64,000 nucleotides of DNA from Candidatus Hadarchaeota archaeon (GTDB taxonomy: Archaea > Hadarchaeota > Hadarchaeia > Hadarchaeales > JAGGTB01). The notes beneath the pieces were generated by a model, which was not told the origin of the DNA, did not search any database, and saw only the letters and a list, made by a program, of their open reading frames with translations. Where the stretch lies: positions 1 through 64,000 of the forward strand of contig CAYLJV010000006.1 in assembly GCA_964384105.1 (NCBI GenBank), read 5' to 3'. Numbering within the stretch: the stretch's first letter is position 1; each line of letters opens with the position of its first letter. A program made the translations under genes and the position numbers. Shown here piece by piece: positions 42,243 through 50,895 of the stretch.

Positions 42243-43711
42243 TCTACGCTTTCTCTGTTACCACATTTCCAACACTCAAACACTGCCCCTGTCTTATCTC
42301 TTTTCTTAACTCTCATAATTTTCTTACATTCAGAACATACTCTGGGTACTACGTTATTCCTATCGTATCTTTTAGAACCACAAATAGGACAACAATACTT
42401 TTTAGATCTATTTGCCAGAGTAAAATGACCAACATAAGAACAGTTATTACATGATGCCAACCAAGTACTTTTTTCTTTGCCCCTCTCGTTTCTATACTTA
42501 CTATTTAGCAACCTACGATTGGCTAAATCATCAAGGACTGCACTTGATTCTGATTCGGCATAAATCTCCAAAAGCCTACGCCCAATCTTATCCCAGCTGA
42601 AGTTCTTCAGTTTCCTCTTTCCATTCTTACCCATCTGTTGTGCTAGATTAGGATCGTCAATAGCAAAGTTTATGCCCCATGCAATTGGTTCAGGGTCGGG
42701 GGTTGTCTTTATCCCATCATAAAAGTTCTCAATGTTCTCACTCAAGCCACCAACGTTAGAAGCCACAACTGCATTTCCAGCACTCCAAGCTTCGAATAGA
42801 ACCAAACCAAAAGGTTCGTTTCGGCTAGGGATACACACTAAATCGCTAGCAGTCAAAAGGTCCAGTTTCTCACTCTCGGTTATGTATCCTGGAAACCTAA
42901 TGGAGTTAGAAATCCCTATTTCGTTAGCCCTCGATTCCAAATAGTTTCTCATTCCACCATCACCAACCATCAAGAACTCCGCATCACTTCTATGATCGAG
43001 GACATAGGGGACGGCATTCAACATAATATCTGGTCCTTTCTGGTAATCCATTCTTCCAAGAAACATAACCATCGGTGCTGAAGAATTAACACCAAACTTT
43101 TCCTTTACTTTGCTTGCATCTGCATCCCGCTCAAGATCCGTCACAAAAGAACCATTGGGTACTACATTGATCTTTTCTGAGGGTATTTGGTAAATACTTT
43201 CAAGTTCATCTTTCATAGTTTGAGAAACAGTGACGATTTTGTCCGATACGTAACCCGCCAACCATTCCTTCTCAGCTATTCTTCCTGAATTACCGTAAGT
43301 TCCTTTTTCACCGCCACAACGACCGTATTCGGTTGAATGATAACTCATAACCGTTTCGTGATCTTGAAGTCTATCTAATGCATCAGCAATCATCCAGTCG
43401 TGACCATGAATAATATCGAATCTTCCTTCGTCTCCCTCAACTTCGCGAACACAATTTGTCATTGATTTGCACATTTTTTCTGTATGTTCAAATATGCTGC
43501 CTCTTGGATTAAATTTGCATCTGTGATAGTGAACTCCATTTATGAGATTGTGGTCTTCTTGTTCGGCCTCAGATCGAGTGAATACATGAACCTCTTGTCC
43601 ATTGTCTGCTAAACCTTCAGCCATTCCAGTTACAGCCTGAGCGAGCCCACCTACTCGTATTGAATGAAGAGACTCCCAAGAGAGCATTCCAATTTTTAGA
43701 GTTTCACCCAT
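42227..43711 (-). CDS. GT4 glycosyltransferase with C-terminal four-CxxC extension
   Basis: SWES..VGGL, HGHDW, HSTEYGR, GR...QKG, PSRNEPFG..EAW; tail CNNC, CPIC, CSEC, CWKC. Confidence 0.92.
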   Translation of the reverse strand: MGETLKIGMLSWESLHSIRVGGLAQAVTGMAEGLADNGQEVHVFTRSEAEQEDHNLINGVHYHRCKFNPRGSIFEHTEKMCKSMTNCVREVEGDEGRFDIIHGHDWMIADALDRLQDHETVMSYHSTEYGRCGGEKGTYGNSGRIAEKEWLAGYVSDKIVTVSQTMKDELESIYQIPSEKINVVPNGSFVTDLERDADASKVKEKFGVNSSAPMVMFLGRMDYQKGPDIMLNAVPYVLDHRSDAEFLMVGDGGMRNYLESRANEIGISNSIRFPGYITESEKLDLLTASDLVCIPSRNEPFGLVLFEAWSAGNAVVASNVGGLSENIENFYDGIKTTPDPEPIAWGINFAIDDPNLAQQMGKNGKRKLKNFSWDKIGRRLLEIYAESESSAVLDDLANRRLLNSKYRNERGKEKSTWLASCNNCSYVGHFTLANRSKKYCCPICGSKRYDRNNVVPRVCSECKKIMRVKKRDKTGAVFECWKCGNRESVEWDGL

Positions 43712-43996
43712 TCACAACCCACACTTTAAGAGCGACCAATCGTTACCGAAGTAAGACTGTTCGCCGCTACCTCCACGAATTCAAAGATACGGCTTTTCAC
43801 AAGCCACCAACCCGGTCCCATATAGGAAAAGTGGATTCCAATTAAAATAACAAAGAGAAAAAATTCTAGATAGTTCTACTATATAGTCTTACTAGTAAGC
43901 TATTGTCCATAACAATCTGAAAGAAAAATGACAAGCTTCTCTCTTATTCACGGAATTATGAATATGATAAAGATAGACACTCATAAATCTAAAAGT

Positions 43997-44079
43997 ATGG
44001 GGAGTGGCCGGCTCAATTGAGTATAAAGTTTGTTAACCCAGGGCTCGGAGGCTGGTTTAAGCCGACCCTTTACTCCCAT
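43997..44079. other. GC-rich imperfect inverted repeat (structured RNA or MITE-like element)
   Basis: ATGGGGAGTGGCCGGCTCAA ... TTAAGCCGACCCTTTACTCCCAT in an AT-rich divergent intergenic region. Confidence 0.55.
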
Positions 44080-44307
44080 TTCTCCTTCTTTTTTCTTAAA
44101 AATAAAGGCTGTAGAAAAAAGTCTATGTAGTAAAACTCTATCGAAGGAAAAAGCAAGCAACTAAACACCAACTATTATCTCTACCTCAAGGACTAACTGA
44201 GCGATATTGAGAAACAATAAAACCGGAAACACTTAATCACATACCCAAGAAGTGTAAGTTCTAATTCAGAAATTATTAATAATATCAGGGGGTTAAACTG
44301 TAAGAAG

Positions 44308-44562
44308 ATGCCAGAAAAAAAGGGGAGAGTTAAAAAAATAAATGTTCTAGGGGAGACCTGCCCTGTTCCGCTCGTCGAAACTAGAAAAGCTATCAGAAGT
44401 GCATCAGAAGGAGACATCATAGAAGTCACGGGTAGTCACTCAGCCTCGAAAGAAGAGATTCCAATGGCTGTAGAAGAGATGGGATTAGAACTTCTAGAAG
44501 TATCGGATGAAGGAGAAAATTGGAAAATTAGGATTAGAATTCCAAAAGAGGAGGGAGAATAA
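44308..44562 (+). CDS. tusA: TusA/SirA family sulfur carrier
   Basis: GETCPVP (CPxP) motif. Confidence 0.9.
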   Translation: MPEKKGRVKKINVLGETCPVPLVETRKAIRSASEGDIIEVTGSHSASKEEIPMAVEEMGLELLEVSDEGENWKIRIRIPKEEGE

Positions 44563-44981
44563 TTTCTGAAAAAGTTACTTTGATTGTGCATAGTGGGGAT
44601 ATGGATAAGGTTTACAGCGCTTTCATTATTGGTAATGGTGCGTTGTCCATGGGCATGGATGTTTCCATGTTCTTCACCTTCTGGGGTTTGGAAAGATTGA
44701 AGAAGGGCCAGTTGGAGGAGGGTTCACTCTCAAGGAAGAACATGATGGGTTTAGGAAAGTGGATGATCAACAAGAAGATGAAAGAAGCCAACGTCCGCTC
44801 GCTAGAAGACTTACTTCAAGACTACGTCGAACTCGGAGGAAAAATCCTCGCCTGCGACATGACCATGGAAATCATGGGGATAAGCAAACAAGACTTACGC
44901 GACGAAGTCATAACCGACTACTGCGCAGTCGGAACCTACCTCAAAGAAGCAAAAGAATCACAAATCACACTATTCATTTGA
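44562..44981 (+). CDS. DsrE/DsrE2-like sulfur transfer protein
   Basis: SGDMDK, FFTFWG, LACDMTM; start placed at ATT 44562, overlapping the tusA TAA. Confidence 0.9.
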   Translation: MSEKVTLIVHSGDMDKVYSAFIIGNGALSMGMDVSMFFTFWGLERLKKGQLEEGSLSRKNMMGLGKWMINKKMKEANVRSLEDLLQDYVELGGKILACDMTMEIMGISKQDLRDEVITDYCAVGTYLKEAKESQITLFI

Positions 44982-44991
44982 GGGATTCTAA

Positions 44992-46158
44992 TTGAATAAA
45001 GACTTAGTTTATTTGGATAATGCAGCTAGTACTCGGATGGATGAACGAGTCCTAGAAGCTATGAAACCCTATTTCTTTGATACATACGCTGTAGCGACCT
45101 CCGAGTTTGCTTATAGCATGGGTATAGAAGCCAAGGAAGCTCTTAACAACTCAAGGAAATCGATAGCTTCCTACATTGGATGCTCCCCAAATGAGTTGAT
45201 ATTTACCTCCGGAAGTACAGAATCCAGTAATTTAGCATTGAAGGGCGTTGCAAATTCCTTGAAAAAAGAGAGAAACCATATTATAACCTCCAAAATTGAG
45301 GATTTTCCTGTACTTAATAGCGCAAAATCTTTAGAGAAAAAAGGCTTCGAGGTAACTTATCTAGACGTAGACTCTGATGGACTAGTCGATTTGAACCAAC
45401 TAAATGAAGAGATCAATGATGACACACTTCTAGTTTCGATTCAGCACGCGAACCAAGAGATAGGAACTTTGCAAAAAATTGGAGACATAGCAGAAATATG
45501 TAATGACAACGATGTCCTCTTCCACACCGATGCCACACATACTTTCACTAGAGTTCCTCTTGATTTAAGTAAGATGCCAATCGATTTAGTTACATTCTCG
45601 GCCCATACAATCCATGGCCCTAAGGGAATAGGCGGGCTTTACGTGCGCGAAGGAACACCTCTTGAGAAACAGATCGATGGTGGATTTCAAGAAAACAATC
45701 TGAGAGCGGGAGTAGAGAATATACCAGGAGCTGTTGGTTTTGCGAAAGCCGTCGATTTAGTTGATGAAAAGGAAAACAAAAAACTAGGGAATATGAGAGA
45801 CAAGCTCATAGATACGTTACTCAAAGAAGTTTCTGATACAACACTAAACGGCCATAGGAAACAAAGAACTCCACAAAATGCAAACATAACCTTTCATTAT
45901 GTAGAAGGCGAATCGATAACATTGCACTTAGATATGAAAGGATTTGCAGTTAGTACTGGGTCTGCCTGTTTCAGCAAATCGTTAGAGGCAAGCCACGTTA
46001 TAACAGGTATAGGTGGTGACCATGAAAGAGCTCACGGCTCTGTAAGGTTTACCTTTGGTAGGTACAACGAGATGGCAGAGGTCGAAAAAACTGTAAATGC
46101 TGTTTCAGAAGTTGTTGAAAAACTTCGAGAGATAAGTCCTTTAGGAAAAGAAGAATGA
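44992..46158 (+). CDS. IscS/NifS homologue lacking the PLP lysine
   Basis: YLDNAAST, FTSGSTES, GPKG, GSAC present, but SAHT replaces SAHK and IED replaces IEH. Confidence 0.9.
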   Translation: MNKDLVYLDNAASTRMDERVLEAMKPYFFDTYAVATSEFAYSMGIEAKEALNNSRKSIASYIGCSPNELIFTSGSTESSNLALKGVANSLKKERNHIITSKIEDFPVLNSAKSLEKKGFEVTYLDVDSDGLVDLNQLNEEINDDTLLVSIQHANQEIGTLQKIGDIAEICNDNDVLFHTDATHTFTRVPLDLSKMPIDLVTFSAHTIHGPKGIGGLYVREGTPLEKQIDGGFQENNLRAGVENIPGAVGFAKAVDLVDEKENKKLGNMRDKLIDTLLKEVSDTTLNGHRKQRTPQNANITFHYVEGESITLHLDMKGFAVSTGSACFSKSLEASHVITGIGGDHERAHGSVRFTFGRYNEMAEVEKTVNAVSEVVEKLREISPLGKEE

Positions 46159-46185
46159 AGTATTATGGAACGGAAGTGATAAAAT

Positions 46186-46821
46186 TTGGAATCACCATAT
46201 AGCGATAAAGTAATTGAATATTTTCAAAACCCGAAAAACGTCGGCGAAATAAAGAATCCAGACGGAAAAGCAAAAGAGGGAAGTCCAGCTTGCGGGGACA
46301 TGGTTTCCCTTTACATAAAAGTTGATGAAGAGACAAGGAAGATAACGGATATAAAATTCAAATCTTATGGTTGTGCTTCCAATATAGCCACGGGATCGAT
46401 AATAACCGAAATGGCAAAAGGAAGGACGATTGATGAAGCTAAGAAAATTACTTGGAAAGACGCAGCAGATGAGCTTGGAGGTCTCCCTTCCGTGAAAACA
46501 CATTGTTCTGTTCTAGCTGTTGATGCTTTGAAAGAAGCAATTAGAGACTACGAAGAAAGGCATGGGCTTGTAAAAGAAAAGGAACCAACCACCGAAGAAA
46601 TAGTCAAGGAAAGACTAAAACATGTTATGAATCCACTCACTGGATTAGACGTAATTAATACCAATCTAATCAAAAACATTGAGATCGGAGATGAAAAAAT
46701 CACTATAGATGTGGATTTACCTGAGGGCCACCAATTTGCGTCCGCTGTTAAAAATGATATAAAGGAAAAACTTGAAACTCGGTGGGATATAGAAGAAATA
46801 AAAATCAACTTCAAAAATTAA
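46186..46821 (+). CDS. iscU: IscU/NifU scaffold fused to a DUF59/SufT-like domain
   Basis: YF.NPKNVG, ACGD, GCAS, KTHCS; C-terminal L..V.NP.TG.D. Confidence 0.88.
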   Translation: MESPYSDKVIEYFQNPKNVGEIKNPDGKAKEGSPACGDMVSLYIKVDEETRKITDIKFKSYGCASNIATGSIITEMAKGRTIDEAKKITWKDAADELGGLPSVKTHCSVLAVDALKEAIRDYEERHGLVKEKEPTTEEIVKERLKHVMNPLTGLDVINTNLIKNIEIGDEKITIDVDLPEGHQFASAVKNDIKEKLETRWDIEEIKINFKN

Positions 46822-46836
46822 TTACCACTACTCAAG

Positions 46837-46916
46837 TCAAATCAACCGCTCAGATCGCTCTGCCTTTGCTTTACAATCGGACAAACTGGGGAGGTATTTC
46901 TCGCACATACATATCC
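46837..46916 (-). pseudogene. remnant rubredoxin-like tail of a ferredoxin:disulfide (glutaredoxin) reductase
   Basis: GYVCAR...CPI/KAKAERSERLI* immediately after the glutaredoxin, frameshifted, no start. Confidence 0.55.
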
Positions 46917-46926
46917 TCTCCGTCAG

Positions 46927-47220
46927 TCACTCCAATGCACCTTTTATTTCGTCCTCTTTAAAACCAACGATAACTTCATCTCCATCATCTATCACTACAG
47001 TCGGGAGGTTCATATGAGGGTTATACTCTTTGAGTTGTTTACGAGCTTTTTCCTTAGCGTTTCCTTCAAGCTTATCTATATCAACATACTCATATTCAAC
47101 ATCAAGTTCTTTCAGCAATTTTTTCGTCTTTTTACACCAGCCACATGTACTTAATGCATAAAGCCTTACACTTTTCTTTTTTCTACTTCCCGATACTTTT
47201 TCGAAAATATCCATAATCAT
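46927..47220 (-). CDS. glutaredoxin (NrdH-like)
   Basis: LYALSTCGWCKKT, NP...P...I.GF. Confidence 0.92.
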   Translation of the reverse strand: MIMDIFEKVSGSRKKKSVRLYALSTCGWCKKTKKLLKELDVEYEYVDIDKLEGNAKEKARKQLKEYNPHMNLPTVVIDDGDEVIVGFKEDEIKGALE

Positions 47221-47261
47221 TCCTCTATTGATTATCGTTATACTTATTTAAAATTGAAAAT

Positions 47262-48131
47262 TTACCTTTCAGTTAGGTTTTTTATCTTTCCAAAATACTT
47301 CTGATGATACTCCTCTGCTTTATAGAAATCGGAAACTGGGACAATTTCAGTTACTATCTTGGTATACTGTCCTTTTTTCTCAAGTTTTTCTTTAACCGTT
47401 TCAGCTATTCTTTTCTGCCTTTCATCATAATAATAGATAGCAGAACGGTATTGATTGCCAATATCCGGACCCTGTCTATCTATTTGAGTTGGATCATGAA
47501 TCTCGAAGAAGAATTCAACCAGTGTTTCATAATCTATTTCTAGTGGGTTATAAGTTACCTTTACGGCTTCCGCATGTCCTGTTTTACCACTACAAACTTC
47601 GCTATATTTGGGGTCGGAGGTTTCACCACCCGTATAGCCCACCATAGTCGATACCACACCCTCAAAACTATTGAACTTGTGCTCAACACCCCAAAAACAG
47701 CCAGCTGCAAAAATCCCTTTCTCACAGAATTCGTCTTTCGGCCTGAAGTTTAGAGACGCCGAATTTATACAATAGTGTTTTCCGGTAGGTGGTGGACCAT
47801 CGTCAAATACATGCCCCAGATGACCACCACAGATAGCGCACTTCACTTCCGTTCTTTTGTATCCAATCTTAAAGTCATCTGAGAATTCCACAGCCTTAAC
47901 CCTAATCGGTCCAGTAAAACTAGGCCAACCTGAACCATGATCATATTTAGCTTCAGAACTAAAAAGAGGATTTCCGCATCCTGCACAAAAATAAACCCCA
48001 GATTCATACTTGTCGTTATATTCTCCACTGCCAGGTCTCTCAGTCTCCCCCTCTCTCAAGACTCTGTATTCTAAAGGAGAAAGTAAATTCTCCCAATACT
48101 CATCAGATTTTATTAATATCGGATCAGGCAT
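47262..48131 (-). CDS. msrAB: methionine sulfoxide reductase MsrB-MsrA fusion
   Basis: TE..GSG, GWPSF, GHLGHVF.DGP, YCINS; GCFWG, GHAE, QYRS, AEEYHQ. Confidence 0.95.
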   Translation of the reverse strand: MPDPILIKSDEYWENLLSPLEYRVLREGETERPGSGEYNDKYESGVYFCAGCGNPLFSSEAKYDHGSGWPSFTGPIRVKAVEFSDDFKIGYKRTEVKCAICGGHLGHVFDDGPPPTGKHYCINSASLNFRPKDEFCEKGIFAAGCFWGVEHKFNSFEGVVSTMVGYTGGETSDPKYSEVCSGKTGHAEAVKVTYNPLEIDYETLVEFFFEIHDPTQIDRQGPDIGNQYRSAIYYYDERQKRIAETVKEKLEKKGQYTKIVTEIVPVSDFYKAEEYHQKYFGKIKNLTER

Positions 48132-48267
48132 TTTAGACCAACAAAGCAGGCATCTATATTGATAATGTCAACAACTTGCTAAAAAAGAATCTTTTTTGTC
48201 TTCGGTATTATCCACTAGTGATTAAATTATTAATTAATTGAACTAGAGAAAGTCAATAGTTGACCAT

Positions 48268-48565
48268 TTGTCTAAAAAAAAGCCCCAACCACCTGTCCAG
48301 ACTCAACAGTCTACCATGACGAAGAAGAATATATCATAAAAATAGAGCTTCCGGGAGTTTCAAAAGAAGACATAAAACTTGCTATGCTACAAACCTCAAT
48401 GTGTCTCACAGCAGAAGCAGAAAATAAGCAGTATCGCGCCTGCTGGACTCTAGCACACCCGGTTGAACCTGAGAAAACTGAAGCCAAAATAAAAACGGGT
48501 TATTAACAGTAAAAGCACCATTAAGTAAGTCTCTGAAAGGTAAAAAAATAGAAATAAAAGAGTAA
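48268..48565 (+). pseudogene. Hsp20/alpha-crystallin small heat-shock protein with two frameshifts
   Basis: IELPGVSKEDI..L.HPVEPEKTEAK / NGLLTVKAP..KKIEI; frameshifts in A-runs near 48274-81 and 48490. Confidence 0.8.
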
Positions 48566-48600
48566 AAATCTGGTCAGCAAGTTTTAGTAAGACGCTAACC

Positions 48601-48984
48601 TCATTCTACTTTTATTTCTTTTTCTCCTTGCCATAATCCATGTAGATTACATTTAGCCCAAGCTTTCAATGGATGAGCATGGTCTAGTTTTATAGTAGTT
48701 TTCATAACATAGTGACTCTTTTCAGGAGTTAGCGAAAGTCTCGCTAGAAAAGTATCACCAGAATACAGCTCCATCCACTCTATGAAATGCCCCGGCTCAT
48801 TTGGATGTTCTTTGTATTCACCCACCTTAACAGTCACTTCAAACGGCTCATTCTCCTTCACCTTATCCGGCGCTTCTATGACTACTGCATGCTTCTTTTC
48901 CAGTGCGTTCATCTTTTCCTTGTCTGTCGTTTTAGGAACATTTACTCCACAGAATAGATCATCCTCACAAGATTTTTCAGCCAA
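48601..48984 (-). CDS. superoxide reductase (neelaredoxin, class II SOR-like)
   Basis: EKKH, HPNEPGHFIEW, CNLHG; TTG start after GGAGGTGA. Confidence 0.9.
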   Translation of the reverse strand: MAEKSCEDDLFCGVNVPKTTDKEKMNALEKKHAVVIEAPDKVKENEPFEVTVKVGEYKEHPNEPGHFIEWMELYSGDTFLARLSLTPEKSHYVMKTTIKLDHAHPLKAWAKCNLHGLWQGEKEIKVE

Positions 48985-49111
48985 AAAGTTCACCTCCCCA
49001 GTATTTTGGTTATATGGATAAGACGAATTAACCATATATTAAATTTTGTGAAATTATTAACTCCAGAACTAAAAAATAAAAAAGGAATCGGAGGTTCACT
49101 AGTATCTACTG

Positions 49112-49615
49112 TTAAGATACTTTCTTCAAGATTTCTTTCATAAAATCAGGGAGATCCGGTGGATGTCTCGAAGTTATGAGGTTCTCATCAACTACCACAG
49201 ATTCATCAACAAAAGTACCACCTGCATTCTCCAAATCATCTTTTACCGTCCAATAGCACGTTGCATTCCTTCCGTCTAGTAAATGAGCACTCATCAAAAG
49301 TTGTGCTCCATGACACACTGCAGCTATTGGTTTATCCTCTCGATCAAACTCCTTTACCAGATCTATAACTTCCGGAGCCTCTATTCGAAGGTGTTCCGGA
49401 GACCGGCCTCCCGGGATAACTAGCAAATCGTATTTTTCAACACTTGCGTCCTGTATGCTGATATCTGCTTCAAACTCAGTACCGTGTTTTCCTTTTATGG
49501 ATTTTCCATTTGGGGTCGCAATATCCACGTCGATGTCCTCTTCTTGGAGTCTATAGAATGGATAAAAAAATTCACTATCTTCAAACCTATCAGTGGACAC
49601 TATTAGCGCTCTCAT
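49112..49615 (-). CDS. pfpI: PfpI/DJ-1 family protein
   Basis: FEDSE, IPGG..P, VCHG, TSR.P.DL. Confidence 0.93.
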   Translation of the reverse strand: MRALIVSTDRFEDSEFFYPFYRLQEEDIDVDIATPNGKSIKGKHGTEFEADISIQDASVEKYDLLVIPGGRSPEHLRIEAPEVIDLVKEFDREDKPIAAVCHGAQLLMSAHLLDGRNATCYWTVKDDLENAGGTFVDESVVVDENLITSRHPPDLPDFMKEILKKVS

Positions 49616-49788
49616 GTTGATTTCTCTAACTCACTTAGATATTAAAAGGCTTTTGACATGTATGATGAATGGAAACCAGAAGAGACAACTACCAATCCGA
49701 GAATCGAGCTAACCAAATATGAAGTCAATCAAATGTATCTCAACAAGAGCGAAACACCTATAATTCTAGGTAACTAAAATATCCAAAG

Positions 49789-50202
49789 ATGAAAAGAATA
49801 TTAATCGCAGTCGACGGTTCCGAACCGAGTAAAAAAGCATTTGAATATGCATTAGATGAAGCAGAAGACCTAGGAAACAAATTAACTATTTTGAGAGTAG
49901 TCCAAAGTTTACCATATGGTGGAGAAACAATAGAAAAGATATACAAAGAGGAGATTAAAGAAGCGAAGGAATTCACGAAGAAGTTAAAGAATAAAGCGGA
50001 GAAAAAAGATGTCAAAGTAAATGATAAAGTCATAACTGGATCCAATGTGGCGAATGAAATAATAAGATTTGCCGATAAGGGGAATTATGACTTAATAGTC
50101 GTTGGAAGTAGAGGAAAAACGGAACTCGAGACAGTAACTCTTGGATCTGTTTCTGAAAGTGTAATTAAAAGATCACATATACCAGTACTAGTGATTAGAT
50201 AG
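49789..50202 (+). CDS. universal stress protein
   Basis: ILIAVDGS, DLIVVGSRG, LGSVSE.V. Confidence 0.95.
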   Translation: MKRILIAVDGSEPSKKAFEYALDEAEDLGNKLTILRVVQSLPYGGETIEKIYKEEIKEAKEFTKKLKNKAEKKDVKVNDKVITGSNVANEIIRFADKGNYDLIVVGSRGKTELETVTLGSVSESVIKRSHIPVLVIR

Positions 50203-50387
50203 TATCTCAGTAACTTTGTTGTTTTATTTTTTTAAATTAGAGTTACTAGCGTCTTTTTAGGTATTTATAAAATTAATATTTCCGTTATCAATTCAGATGG
50301 CTCAAAATATGGCCTAATGAGAAAAAAGAAATTTTAAATCCAAAGACTTCATAATAATTAATCGAAAATAGCTTTATTGTGATAAAT

Positions 50388-50627
50388 ATGGTTGAAGCAT
50401 TTATTCTTATAACCACTGAAATAGGAAAACTAAGAGGGGTCTACACAAAGATAAAGAATTTGAGCTTCGTCAAAAAGACGAATATAATAACGGGACCTTA
50501 TGATATTGTGGCTTTATTCGAAAGTGAAGATATTTCAAACTTGCGAAACTTAGTAGTGGAAAACATTAGAGAGATTGAAGGAATAAAAGATACAACAACT
50601 GCAATAATAATCGAAGTTAAAAGATAA
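50388..50627 (+). CDS. stand-alone Lrp/AsnC ligand-binding domain protein
   Basis: AFILI..E.G, TGPYDI, IREIEGI..T.T. Confidence 0.87.
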   Translation: MVEAFILITTEIGKLRGVYTKIKNLSFVKKTNIITGPYDIVALFESEDISNLRNLVVENIREIEGIKDTTTAIIIEVKR

Positions 50628-50697
50628 TTAGTCTAGCGCTATACCAAGTCTACTAAAATTTTAAAAAGAATCACCACGAAATTTAGCTCTGATTAAT

Positions 50698-50805
50698 ATG
50701 GATAAAACCGATGTAAGAAAAAAGAAATATTGCCCATACTGCGGTTCTAAGCTAGAAACACACGACCATGAGATATGTGGGAACTGCGGCTCTGATCTTG
50801 AATAA
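50698..50805 (+). CDS. 35-aa zinc-ribbon microprotein (not in ORF track)
   Basis: MDKTDVRKKKYCPYCGSKLETHDHEICGNCGSDLE. Confidence 0.7.
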   Translation: MDKTDVRKKKYCPYCGSKLETHDHEICGNCGSDLE

Positions 50806-50895
50806 TAGTCTACTTAAAATATAACGTGACTTCGAAGAGATCAGACAAAAATCAGCAATGAAAAATTTGCTGGGCTTCATACTATTTTTTAGTTT

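Noticed and set aside
43713-43845. Possible decayed duplicate of the glycosyltransferase N-terminus (ES..RVGGL*KAVS on minus)
   Set aside because: Similarity is too short to separate from chance by eye.
43981-44079. 32-codon minus-strand ORF (MGVKGRLKPASEPW...) across the inverted repeat
   Set aside because: The SD-like AAGGAG is too close to the ATG and the peptide has no features; the hairpin explains the sequence better.
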